Part shown: one piece after another, positions 48,338 to 57,376 of the stretch
Position numbering within the stretch: the stretch's first letter is position 1
How the letters are laid out: every line of letters starts with the position of its first letter
Translations under genes and position numbers: made by a program
Notes under the pieces: model-generated
The model's input: only the letters and a program-made list of their open reading frames with translations
Database searches by the model: none
Told to the model about the DNA's origin: nothing
Source: a bacterium
Lineage (GTDB): Bacteria; Patescibacteriota; Microgenomatia; Levybacterales; UBA12049
Reading direction: 5' to 3'
DNA: 64,000 bases
Assembly: GCA_021791545.1 (NCBI GenBank)
Contig: JAJYWL010000001.1
Coordinates: 5,856 to 69,855, forward strand

Positions 48338-49678
48338 TTATGGTATTTGAATTCCTCTTTTTTTCAAGTCTTTCATCAGTCTTCTTCTAGCACTCTTATT
48401 TTTTGGAACTCGCGTCTCTAAGTATGTTGATTTTGTTTGGTCTCTTAGGTTATCTCTTAAAGAGTGAACTTTACTCCATACCTCATGCACAGAGCCAAGA
48501 ATATAGGGACTAGCTAATTTCCATGATTCTTCGCTGCCTGTTTCTATAAATTCTTTATATCTTTTTAACTTACTTCTTAGTCTATTTTTTTGAAAATCAT
48601 TAAAATTTTTTTCATGAACAACTGTGACCAAGGGATGGTAATCTTTTTTAAAATGTGGTTCTTTAGACTTTAATTGCAAAAATATAAAGGTATCATTTGC
48701 TAAGTTTTTGATTTGGTAATCGTATCCCCTGTTGTTTTCAGGGTAATCTATCTTAGGTGAATCTTGGAAGAACCATGAGGGTAAGGCGACAATTGTATTA
48801 TCGTCTTCATGTAGCGATAACATGCAAAAATCCAAAAACCAAATTAGTTCATGTAAGCCGCCGCGTAATTCACCTTTACTAATATCTATATCTTCTTGTC
48901 CAAGATAAACTTTTTCCATTGCTTCAATCATCTCCACTAGATAATTTTTTTTCTCTTCCTCAAATGGATTTGGTTTGTCTAAATCAATATTAGTTGCATA
49001 AGGGATAATAATTCCCGAAGCCATCCATTTTGCTTTTAAGCCGAGTGTTTTAGTAGAAAAATCTGAAGATGCCATGGTCTTTTCATATATTTTAAGATAC
49101 ATTTCACCCGCCATAACTTGTAATAATTTCTGAGTTTTATGTCTATCTTCTCTTCCTTGACGCACATCGCCAATATTAGATGCCATAGTAATCATGTCAG
49201 CAGCTATGTAAAGTGCTTTAAGTTCATCTAGAGTAAAACTTTTAAAACGCATTCTTTCTATAGAAAAATTAACTATATCGTCCAAGCTCAAACGGGCTTC
49301 TCTATCCTTAATCATCCAGGAAGGTGCACCTTTTGTCATGAGGTCATCTAATTTTTGCCATCCCTTAAAAGACCCTTCTGTAAAAAGCTCAGGAAATACT
49401 GTTGCCCCAATCAAAATGCCTGCCCCTCTTTCATATGCTAAGTATTTTAAATGACGTTGTCTTAATAGTTCAGTCCCCGCATTTTTATGGCCTGAATCAT
49501 GAAAGAGCAAAAGATTACTCTGTGCTTCATAAAGAGGGTCTTGTGAGAAGTACCAATCAGTTATTTCTGAGGGCGATGCGGTGCAGGCTCTGACTTTATC
49601 TCCAACAATATCCATTCGAGATTCAGCATTATTCACTTTTTCGTAATCAATTTGTAGATCTTTTATATCAACTGTCAT
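48338..49678 (-). CDS. hypothetical protein (446 aa), soluble
   Basis: Long ORF, no recognised motif. Confidence 0.45.
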   Translation of the reverse strand: MTVDIKDLQIDYEKVNNAESRMDIVGDKVRACTASPSEITDWYFSQDPLYEAQSNLLLFHDSGHKNAGTELLRQRHLKYLAYERGAGILIGATVFPELFTEGSFKGWQKLDDLMTKGAPSWMIKDREARLSLDDIVNFSIERMRFKSFTLDELKALYIAADMITMASNIGDVRQGREDRHKTQKLLQVMAGEMYLKIYEKTMASSDFSTKTLGLKAKWMASGIIIPYATNIDLDKPNPFEEEKKNYLVEMIEAMEKVYLGQEDIDISKGELRGGLHELIWFLDFCMLSLHEDDNTIVALPSWFFQDSPKIDYPENNRGYDYQIKNLANDTFIFLQLKSKEPHFKKDYHPLVTVVHEKNFNDFQKNRLRSKLKRYKEFIETGSEESWKLASPYILGSVHEVWSKVHSLRDNLRDQTKSTYLETRVPKNKSARRRLMKDLKKRGIQIP

Positions 49679-49770
49679 AGTTTTATATTAAACTATGCTT
49701 AAATTAATCTGCAAGTTTTATTTATCCATAAAATGAATTAGGAGGCCAGAAGAGTATTACGCATATAATG

Positions 49771-49843
49771 TGCTGAGAGTGTGAGTCGAACACACATAGC
49801 CTGTTCTTCAGACAGGTGCCTTGACCACCTTGGCTATCTCAGC
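49771..49843 (-). tRNA. tRNA-Phe (anticodon GAA)
   Basis: Acceptor GCTGAGA/TCTCAGC, anticodon stem CCTGT/ACAGG with loop CTGAAGA, T-arm GTGTG-TTCGACT-CACAC; 3-bp D stem and 4-nt variable loop are slightly atypical. Confidence 0.7.
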
Positions 49844-49926
49844 TTGAAATACAGATTAAATAATACCAATTTTTGAGCTTAAAGTAAATATTTAATCCCC
49901 CCTTTTCCCCTATTGACAAGCAATAT

Positions 49927-51006
49927 ATGATTCTGTCTACAATATATAGTATAGTAATGAAAAGGAAAACTGCCAAAAATAGGTCCTCGAAGAAAGTAAA
50001 CAATACATACAGAAACTATGCTTTCGTCGTTATTGCAGCCGTAGCCGTATTTCTTCTTGTAACTTTATTCGTAAAATCAATATCTAAGATTCATGTTCTC
50101 GGAGCGGCTACCGGTCCTGTTCTTTTGGCAGATCAGGGAGATCAACCAGATTCTAATCAGAATGTTTCAGTAACTCCTGAACCAACAGCTGAAGTTCGTC
50201 ATGTTGATCAGGGCGATGCTACGGTAGATTGTGTAGGTCCCGACGGAAAACATCTCACCGTAAGTTTTAATGCTTGCCAGGAATTAAATAGAGAAAGAAA
50301 TAATTTTCATTTCACTCCCCTTGATAAACAAGAAGGTAAACCTGAACCTGTAAAACAAGAAACTCAAAATACCGAAAGAACTCAAAATAGGCTTGAAGTT
50401 CAAACAGAAGGTAATAAAGGTGAACTTAATCTGGAAACTGCAAATATGCATGTTGAAGTAAAACGTGAAGATAATGGTTCTGTTAAAATAACAGCCAAAA
50501 AACCAGATGGAACGGAACTTCAGCTTCAGACAAACGCACTAGATCAGATAAACGAAGCTCTTAAAGAAAAAGACGTTGAAGTAAGCACTGCTTCCGCAAA
50601 CGGTTTTGCAATAAGATCAGCAGGTGTTCAAGCAGAAACCAACTTCCCACTTTCCATTGATCCTACAACCAAATCTCTTGCAGTAACAACACCAAACGGT
50701 ACAAAAGTCGTAACAACCCTTCCAAATCAGGCGGTAGCAAATGCACTTCTTAACGGACATCTCTCAAGCGTTCTTTCAACAGCCGATCAGAATACGCCAA
50801 GCGCTTCGTCTGCAAGCAATATGATTAGTCTTACAGAGCTCAATAATCAACCCGTCTATGCGGTACAAGGAGTATTAAGCAAAAACCTACTTGGCATATT
50901 CCCTGTAGCTTTCAGGAAGACAGTATATGTATCTGCTCAGGATGGTTCAGTAGTTCAGGTTCAACAGTCTTTGTTAAACCAGATTCTTCAAGCCCTTTCC
51001 TTCTAA
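49927..51006 (+). CDS. membrane-anchored extracytoplasmic hypothetical protein
   Basis: TM YAFVVIAAVAVFLLVTLFV then a Thr/Gln/Asn-rich extracellular region; start may be the internal MKRKTAKN. Confidence 0.45.
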   Translation: MILSTIYSIVMKRKTAKNRSSKKVNNTYRNYAFVVIAAVAVFLLVTLFVKSISKIHVLGAATGPVLLADQGDQPDSNQNVSVTPEPTAEVRHVDQGDATVDCVGPDGKHLTVSFNACQELNRERNNFHFTPLDKQEGKPEPVKQETQNTERTQNRLEVQTEGNKGELNLETANMHVEVKREDNGSVKITAKKPDGTELQLQTNALDQINEALKEKDVEVSTASANGFAIRSAGVQAETNFPLSIDPTTKSLAVTTPNGTKVVTTLPNQAVANALLNGHLSSVLSTADQNTPSASSASNMISLTELNNQPVYAVQGVLSKNLLGIFPVAFRKTVYVSAQDGSVVQVQQSLLNQILQALSF

Positions 51007-51064
51007 TTTCCATAGAAGTAATAAAAGTTTTTTTATTTGAGATATAAGAGGAATTTTATTTGTG

Positions 51065-51138
51065 TGGACGATTAGGGATTCGAACCCCAGACCTCTTCAG
51101 TGTAAATGAAGCGCTCTAACCAGCTGAGCTAATCGTCC
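51065..51138 (-). tRNA. tRNA-Val (anticodon TAC)
   Basis: Acceptor GGACGAT/ATCGTCC, D GCTC/GAGC, anticodon stem CTTCA/TGAAG with loop TTTACAC, T-arm TGGGG-TTCGAAT-CCCTA, discriminator A. Confidence 0.85.
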
Positions 51139-51202
51139 GTACATGTAATTTTATCAAAATTAAGCTTCATATCGCAACTTACATAATTTACTATTTGATA
51201 TA

Positions 51203-51547
51203 ATGCTTCCCATGAATCAAAAGTTTGAGGCTTGTAGAAACTGTCAGGATCAATGTTGGTTACAAAGGGAAGCAGAAAGAGCTGTGGATGTCTTTCTGGA
51301 TTCAGGAAATTCTGCACAACTTGCAAATAGAATTTCTGTCATTTCCGGTAGAGGTAAAAATGAACTTGACTGTCCTTCAGAGGAGATTAGAAGGGTAAGA
51401 GACGAAATTGCTAAGGCAACAAAAGATACTAGGGCAAGGCAAATGGCACATTCAGTTTTTCGAGCTGGTTCATCTCGGGAAAGAAGAAATTTTATTAATC
51501 CAAGTTTACCTCTTGGACAACAAAGAAGTGTTCGTGGAGATCGTTGA
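51203..51547 (+). CDS. hypothetical protein (N-terminal Cys cluster CRNCQDQC); may be a frameshifted 5' half of one gene together with 51408..51677
   Basis: ORF in frame 2, overlapping the next ORF by 140 nt. Confidence 0.3.
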   Translation: MLPMNQKFEACRNCQDQCWLQREAERAVDVFLDSGNSAQLANRISVISGRGKNELDCPSEEIRRVRDEIAKATKDTRARQMAHSVFRAGSSRERRNFINPSLPLGQQRSVRGDR

Positions 51548-51677
51548 CTTTAATAAGTTGTGCAGCATCTGGGACGATGTTCGTACCTATCTTACCTCCT
51601 CCATTGATCCTAAAGAGAAAGCTGCTCTTTTAGCAGCGATCGCTCATTTCAAAAAGAAAGAAGGTGAACGAACATGA
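51408..51677 (+). CDS. hypothetical protein; ATGA-coupled to the HKD nuclease gene
   Basis: ORF in frame 0 ending in a TGA that overlaps the ATG of the PLD gene. Confidence 0.3.
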   Translation: MLRQQKILGQGKWHIQFFELVHLGKEEILLIQVYLLDNKEVFVEIVDFNKLCSIWDDVRTYLTSSIDPKEKAALLAAIAHFKKKEGERT

Positions 51678-52186
51678 ATTGGTTCAAAAAATCCCAGATA
51701 ACGCACGAACCTCTTTCAGAAACCAACTCTATTTTATACGATGAGAGGACGTTTTACAATAAATTCAAGCAAGATTTATTGGAAGCTAAACAGGAAGTCA
51801 TTATTGAAAGTCCATTTATTACTACCCGAAGACTGGAAATGTTAAAGCCGGTATTTGAAGTACTAATAGATAGAAGTGTTCAGGTTTATATTATGACCCG
51901 TGATCCGCAAGAACACGACGAGTCTATGTTAAAACAAGCAGAAGCAGGAGTGCGGTACTTTGAAGTTTTAGGAGTACAGGTTTTACTATGTGAAGGTAAC
52001 CACCATAGAAAGTTAGCAATGATAGATAGAAAAGTTCTTTGGGAAGGTAGCCTAAATATTCTTTCTCAGTCGTATAGTCGTGAATTTATGAGAAGAATTG
52101 ATAGCCGAAAATTAACAGAAGAATTATTTATATTCCTAAGGTTTGAAAGACTTAATATATTTAAAGGAAAACTGGATTTGCTATAA
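51674..52186 (+). CDS. single-HKD phospholipase D-family nuclease (Nuc/BfiI-like), no signal peptide
   Basis: Canonical HxK(x)4D(x)6GSxN: NHHRKLAMIDRKVLWEGSLNI. Confidence 0.75.
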   Translation: MNWFKKSQITHEPLSETNSILYDERTFYNKFKQDLLEAKQEVIIESPFITTRRLEMLKPVFEVLIDRSVQVYIMTRDPQEHDESMLKQAEAGVRYFEVLGVQVLLCEGNHHRKLAMIDRKVLWEGSLNILSQSYSREFMRRIDSRKLTEELFIFLRFERLNIFKGKLDLL

Positions 52187-52210
52187 TCAAAACAGAAAGG
52201 AGGTAAAAAT

Positions 52211-52441
52211 ATGGATACTAAAGATCCGACTATCGAGAAGACAGAACAAGTTATTAATGCTTTAAGCTACGCTCACGAACATAACTTAGATATTCAAAAC
52301 AAAGATGACATAAGGAAAATACTTGAAGTTATTTATCCGGAGCATTCTAGTGAAGAAGAAGTTGAAGTGTTTATGAAATTACTCCAAGAGGCAAATGCGT
52401 TAATCGAAAAAGACATAGAAAGAAGGAGTAATATTAATTAA
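52211..52441 (+). CDS. small acidic hypothetical protein (76 aa)
   Basis: Strong SD AAAGGAGGTaaaaatATG; ORF only. Confidence 0.45.
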   Translation: MDTKDPTIEKTEQVINALSYAHEHNLDIQNKDDIRKILEVIYPEHSSEEEVEVFMKLLQEANALIEKDIERRSNIN

Positions 52442-52581
52442 TGAATTTCTTCAAGCAAAAAGAGCAAAAGCCCTTTGCTTACTCTTCGATTGAGATGAGA
52501 AAGTCTTCAAAAAGTTATTTTAAATGGATTGCGCTAATTATATTCACAACACTCATATTTATTATCCTTAGTTTTAAATAG
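52441..52581 (+). CDS. possible 46-aa single-TM peptide
   Basis: ATG overlapping the previous stop (TAATTAATG); MNFFKQKEQKPFAYSSIEMRKSSKSYFKWIALIIFTTLIFIILSFK. Below the ORF-track length cutoff; speculative. Confidence 0.25.
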   Translation: MNFFKQKEQKPFAYSSIEMRKSSKSYFKWIALIIFTTLIFIILSFK

Positions 52582-53197
52582 GATTTCCACTCCCAAGAAA
52601 TGTTCTAGGATTAACTGGTATTCCAAAAACATTGATTTGAAAATGTAAATGAGGTCCAGTTGACCAACCTGTGTCTCCTTCAAGTCCGATTATGTCTCCG
52701 GGTTTAACTTCTTCTCCAGGATAAACAAATATTTTACTTAAATGACCATAAATTGAAGTTATACTATTTCCGTGATCGATAATAATATGTTTTCCGAATC
52801 CCCAGAAAATTTCTCCTGCATAGATTACTTTTCCTTTCATAAACGGAGTTATCGGATCTGCTTGAATTCCCATAGGATTAGCAATATCAATTCCAGTATG
52901 AAAGATCTGATAAGGCCAGTCTGACTGTCCGAATTCAAGGGTAATTATCCCTTTAACAGGCCATGTAACAGCGGGAGATATTTCTTTTATTACGTTTCCT
53001 GTTAAAGGATCATGGATTAGAACTTTATTAGTTACGGAGTTAAACGAAGTAAGACTATCGGAAACTACGTTTACCCCTACATTCATTAAAATTATTACCG
53101 CAATAATGGGTAACGAAATAGCTATTAGGAATGAGGCAATTACAAATTTTAGTTCTCTTCTAAAATTCCAGAGGTTTATTAATTTAAAGATAATCAT
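52574..53197 (-). CDS. M23 (LytM-type) peptidoglycan metallo-endopeptidase
   Basis: N-terminal TM; HxxxD (HTGIDI) and HLH (GPHLHFQI) zinc-binding motifs of M23. Confidence 0.8.
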   Translation of the reverse strand: MIIFKLINLWNFRRELKFVIASFLIAISLPIIAVIILMNVGVNVVSDSLTSFNSVTNKVLIHDPLTGNVIKEISPAVTWPVKGIITLEFGQSDWPYQIFHTGIDIANPMGIQADPITPFMKGKVIYAGEIFWGFGKHIIIDHGNSITSIYGHLSKIFVYPGEEVKPGDIIGLEGDTGWSTGPHLHFQINVFGIPVNPRTFLGSGNPI

Positions 53198-54978
53198 TGA
53201 GAGTATATTTCTCTTGGATCAGTTGTTAAAAGCGGATGTTCTTTGTCGGAAGCAACAACTTTTAAAGCTACATGATTTTGATCAGCAATAATTAACGCTT
53301 CCCCTTTGTCGCAAGTTAGTAAGAAATGCTGTTCATATTCACTTAAATTAAATTCAGAAGCAACTTTTTTAATAGTTGTAGTATCCTGTTTCATTAAAAT
53401 TCTAAGTGAACTTTGTGAAGCTATTGCCCTACCGTAATCCTGACTTAAGAAATCATTAGCTTGCTGGGAGATAATTGTAACTCCTAGGTAATATTTTCTG
53501 GCTCTTCGTGTAAGACCAGCAATAAATCTGGCACTTTCCTCATGTTGTAAAAGTATCCAGCCTTCATCGATAACAAGTATTCTTTTTTGTGGGTTTTGCT
53601 TAACTTGTGAATGGACAAAGTTTGCTACAACCATCATCATAACTTGTCTTAATGATTCGTCTAAGTCTTTAATATCAAAAACAACTAATCTGTTGCTAAG
53701 CTCAATATTTGTCTGTTCATTAAATACACTTGAGAGCGAGCCTTTAATATATTTCTCAAGTTTCTGAGCTAATTTCTTTTGCTTAAGTTGTTTTAAAGTT
53801 TTATAAAAATCTTTAAGTAAAGGATATGTTTTTAGTTTTGGTTTTCTGCCTCTTGGATCTTTTTTCTTTTTAGGTTTGTAATCAGGATTAAGTAACCAGC
53901 CAAAATTTTTATATGTTTGAAGAATCGCTTTATCAACTGTTCCTTTTTCTTCAGTATTTAAACCCCCTATCATTAAGGAAATAATTTCTGTTAAATCCTG
54001 AACGTGTTCTGATAATTCTGTATCACCGTTTTTAAGATTTATCGATAAATCAAACGGATTAATCTTCTCTTTGGATTTAACTGATAACTTGATATACGTT
54101 CCGTTTACAGAATTTGTTAATTGCTTATATTCTCTTTCCGGATCTATAACAATTACTTTTGTTTGTTGCATGAGTTGTCTTAGGATTTCAACTTTTGCTG
54201 TATAACTCTTGCCGCTTCCTGATTGTGCAAAGATAATTGAGTTGGCGTTATTTAAAGAAAATCTGTCAACAATTACAAGCGAGTTATTTGATTTATTTAT
54301 TCCATATAAAATTCCTGATTCCTGTACTAATTCTGATGAGATAAACGGAAAAGTAAGTGCTGCTGATGAACTGTCCAGATTTCTTTTTTGTGACAACAGG
54401 TTTTCTCCTCTAGGGAGTACTGATTGTAAGCCTTCAATTTGTTGAAAGGTAGCGTTTTTAATATAGAAAAGGCGGGTTGACATTACTGTTTCTAAAAGCG
54501 TTGTAATTTTATTTAAATCTGCAATTGAGTCAGCAGTAATTGTTATATAAATAGAAACTTGAAATAGTTTTTCCTGTCCTCTTTGAATTTTATCTTTAAG
54601 TGCCATTGCGCTTTCTAACGGATCCGTAATTTCTGATCCAATTACTTTTCCCTGTTTTAACATTGACCTTTTTGTTGACTCAAGTTCTGTAATTTTGCGG
54701 TTTAATTTAGGAAGTGCAGAGACCGGCTCGACTTGTTCGATGTGATATGAAATATCTGCGTTTGTGTTAAAATTAACGAGCATATTCAGCCATCCGGTAG
54801 AAGCTACATAGGGATAACCGGATATAAAAAGTGTACGCACAAATTTATCTCCCATTTGTAAGTAATTAGGGCATTCTTCAAGTCCTGAATAAGAAATTAA
54901 GTCTACTTGGTCCTGCTCCCCGTAATTAAATGCAAATATGTTATTTGGTTTTTGTTTTTTATTTAATTGTTTAAACAT
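53194..54978 (-). CDS. VirB4/TraC/PrgJ-family type IV secretion ATPase (C-terminal about 3/4 of a full-length VirB4)
   Basis: Walker A AQSGSGKSYTAK, Walker B VIDEGW, and the VirB4-typical RRARKYYLGVTIISQ; N-terminal FISGYPYVASTGWLNMLVNF region. Confidence 0.75.
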   Translation of the reverse strand: MFKQLNKKQKPNNIFAFNYGEQDQVDLISYSGLEECPNYLQMGDKFVRTLFISGYPYVASTGWLNMLVNFNTNADISYHIEQVEPVSALPKLNRKITELESTKRSMLKQGKVIGSEITDPLESAMALKDKIQRGQEKLFQVSIYITITADSIADLNKITTLLETVMSTRLFYIKNATFQQIEGLQSVLPRGENLLSQKRNLDSSSAALTFPFISSELVQESGILYGINKSNNSLVIVDRFSLNNANSIIFAQSGSGKSYTAKVEILRQLMQQTKVIVIDPEREYKQLTNSVNGTYIKLSVKSKEKINPFDLSINLKNGDTELSEHVQDLTEIISLMIGGLNTEEKGTVDKAILQTYKNFGWLLNPDYKPKKKKDPRGRKPKLKTYPLLKDFYKTLKQLKQKKLAQKLEKYIKGSLSSVFNEQTNIELSNRLVVFDIKDLDESLRQVMMMVVANFVHSQVKQNPQKRILVIDEGWILLQHEESARFIAGLTRRARKYYLGVTIISQQANDFLSQDYGRAIASQSSLRILMKQDTTTIKKVASEFNLSEYEQHFLLTCDKGEALIIADQNHVALKVVASDKEHPLLTTDPREIYSQ

Positions 54979-55588
54979 AAGTCTCTTTCATTAGTTCTAA
55001 GGTTTCTTCGTTTAACTCTTGAGTTTTTGTTTGCGACTGATTATAAAAACCGTAAAACAAATCAAGAATTTCTAAAGAATTCAAGGGTCTTGCTTTCATT
55101 CCTAACTTTTCTAAACCTCTTAAAATAATGTCTCTTTGCAAATGAATCTGTTCTTTAATAATTTTAAAGTCACTGCTCGTATCAAGCGGCGTATAAGGAA
55201 TTACAATATAAAATCTTCTTGCCAATATTTTATTTCCAATGACCAGTTTTTGGATAAATTCCTGATAATTATCAATTTGATTTTTATAGACTTTTTCTTT
55301 TTCATGGATTTTACTTTCTCTTAAGCTTTCTAAGTAGTTATCAATGTCTACTTCCCTGACTCTTATTAATATCTGCAAAGAACTTGGCAGTGAATTTAAA
55401 AAATTTTGAAAGTTATCTATTAAAACGTCCTGTTCATCTTCAGATTTTAATTCAAAGTTTATGCTTGAGGTTTCAATTACCATTCTGTACTGATTAAACG
55501 GAAGGATTAAGATATTGTCTTTAACTTCTTTTATTTGTATTTGCCTTCGGGATGATATTTTATTGTTCGATTTTGTTAACAGCCACAT
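54971..55588 (-). CDS. hypothetical protein, candidate N-terminal module of a split VirB4
   Basis: 205 aa; ends in an ATGTTTAA overlap with the VirB4-like ORF; 205+594 aa is about canonical VirB4 length. Confidence 0.4.
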   Translation of the reverse strand: MWLLTKSNNKISSRRQIQIKEVKDNILILPFNQYRMVIETSSINFELKSEDEQDVLIDNFQNFLNSLPSSLQILIRVREVDIDNYLESLRESKIHEKEKVYKNQIDNYQEFIQKLVIGNKILARRFYIVIPYTPLDTSSDFKIIKEQIHLQRDIILRGLEKLGMKARPLNSLEILDLFYGFYNQSQTKTQELNEETLELMKETYV

Positions 55589-56078
55589 ATAATCCTCCTT
55601 TCTTATTTGGTTTTAAACTCAAACTGTAATTAGGATTCTTCAAAAAGTTTTTAATTTTTGTTGAATCTTTAAGAAGCGGTATTTTAGCTTTTAACTTTGC
55701 TTCATTTTCAAGAATTGCTTTCTCCAGTTTTTTTGTTTTGAGTTTATGTTTTTTAGGCAAAACAATAGCCCTTAAATAAATATCATTTTTATTAAATACA
55801 TAATACCTTGCCCTTAAGTTATATCGAAGTAAAACTACCAGCCAATTCAAAACTACTTTGCCTTTAATTCTTAATGAAAGAATAAGCGAGATCGCTAAAA
55901 CAACAAAAACTAAGATCAATTTATATAATTCAAAATGCATTCTTTGAGGTAAAATTGCATAAGCAATAGTTGTAAAAATAACAGGAACCATTAAAAGCAT
56001 TACCTGGGTAAGGCTTAAGCTTCCGGCAATTTTATCTTCAACTGTTGTTATTTGAGCCGGTATCACTGTTGTTCTCAT
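55560..56078 (-). CDS. small two-TM membrane protein, VirB3/TcpE-like by position
   Basis: Two hydrophobic helices (VMLLMVPVIFTTIAYAIL; LILVFVVLAISLILSL) immediately upstream of the VirB4 module. Confidence 0.35.
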   Translation of the reverse strand: MRTTVIPAQITTVEDKIAGSLSLTQVMLLMVPVIFTTIAYAILPQRMHFELYKLILVFVVLAISLILSLRIKGKVVLNWLVVLLRYNLRARYYVFNKNDIYLRAIVLPKKHKLKTKKLEKAILENEAKLKAKIPLLKDSTKIKNFLKNPNYSLSLKPNKKGGLYVAVNKIEQ

Positions 56079-57352
56079 GCATTTACCACCCTTCTGGGAG
56101 TTTTAACTGCGCCTTTTGCAGCCGTTGTTGATCCGTCTGTTGAAATAACATTAATAATCTGTCCCCCTAGTTTTTTAACAGCGTTATTTCCTGTTGTATA
56201 CATGATCATCTGCATCATTAAAGAAGGAGTTTTTAAAAGTGTGAAGAATAGTCCGATTGCAATCGCAACCGAAAGGATTGAATTATTAGTGTTTTCAGGA
56301 AGTGTTAAAAATGAAGATGCGAGCTGAATAATAACTACATGAATGAATACTATAAATACCGTAACTACATATGATTTAACTGCAATTTCGGCAAAATCTG
56401 AAACTCTGGGAATAATCCAAAGTAGAAATATAAAAGGCGAGAGTACGGCAAAAAGCGAAATCATAATTAACCTTGAAATGTACATGAGGAGTAGTACGAT
56501 TGCGATAATAAGAAAAAGAAGCAGGAAAATAAGGGTGATTAATGGTGCAGTATTCCCCGTTATGTTTTGTAAGGTTATTGCATTCACTACCCACGCATGG
56601 TTAAGACCACCTGTTGAATCTAAAACCGTTTTAACAAGAGTGTTACAGGTAACAATTACGTAATCAGCTAAAAATAAAGAAACGTTTGCCCCAAGAAAGG
56701 CCATTCCGATTCTGGGAAACAATTGTTTTAAATCTACTTCGTCAAAGCCTAAAGATGAAGCACTCATAAAATGAAGTCCTAAAAGAGCAACTACGACAAC
56801 AAACAAAGAGTCAACAATACCTAAGATCACAAACCAAAATTTGAGTATTACTGAGTTATTTAAAAGAGTTGGAGTAGTAGTTAAGAAAGACATTATGCCG
56901 TCAACAATAGGTTTACTAGCACTTTCAACAATATTTTGTAAGAAAGATGAAACTGCATCGATTAATACCTGAGTAAGACCGTCATCCGGTTTAACTGAAG
57001 TAATCGGTGCAATATTTATGGCATTAGTTGTTGTAGGGCTTGCTGAGCTGTTAAAGGCGTTACTTAGTATAGAAACAAAAAGAGATGCTCCCAGAACAAT
57101 ACAGAGACCAACAAGAGCATTTCTGATCGTTTTTTTAGCACTTTCAAGTGAATCAGGCTTCCCGGTTGAGGTTATATATTGATAGCCTCCCTTGACCAAA
57201 AAAAAGACCGCCGAAGCGGTCGCTATCAGGGTAATCATACCCAAGGTGTTACTTGTATATTGCGTTACATCCGAAGATGCGGCATGTGCTGGATTCACAG
57301 CAATTGCAAAGAATGGCAATGAAAGCCCGAGTATTGTCAGTAACTTTTTCAT
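56075..57352 (-). CDS. fusion of VirB2/TrbC-like pilin domain (N-terminal) with VirB6/TrbL-like polytopic membrane domain
   Basis: Signal peptide; residues about 25-100 are a clear paralog of the adjacent pilin gene (GGYQYITSTGKPDSLESAKKTI versus GGFGYITSSGNPESLDRSKKTI); followed by at least 6 further TM helices. Confidence 0.55.
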   Translation of the reverse strand: MKKLLTILGLSLPFFAIAVNPAHAASSDVTQYTSNTLGMITLIATASAVFFLVKGGYQYITSTGKPDSLESAKKTIRNALVGLCIVLGASLFVSILSNAFNSSASPTTTNAINIAPITSVKPDDGLTQVLIDAVSSFLQNIVESASKPIVDGIMSFLTTTPTLLNNSVILKFWFVILGIVDSLFVVVVALLGLHFMSASSLGFDEVDLKQLFPRIGMAFLGANVSLFLADYVIVTCNTLVKTVLDSTGGLNHAWVVNAITLQNITGNTAPLITLIFLLLFLIIAIVLLLMYISRLIMISLFAVLSPFIFLLWIIPRVSDFAEIAVKSYVVTVFIVFIHVVIIQLASSFLTLPENTNNSILSVAIAIGLFFTLLKTPSLMMQMIMYTTGNNAVKKLGGQIINVISTDGSTTAAKGAVKTPRRVVNA

Positions 57353-57376
57353 AAATAGTATAAGATCAGAACTTTT

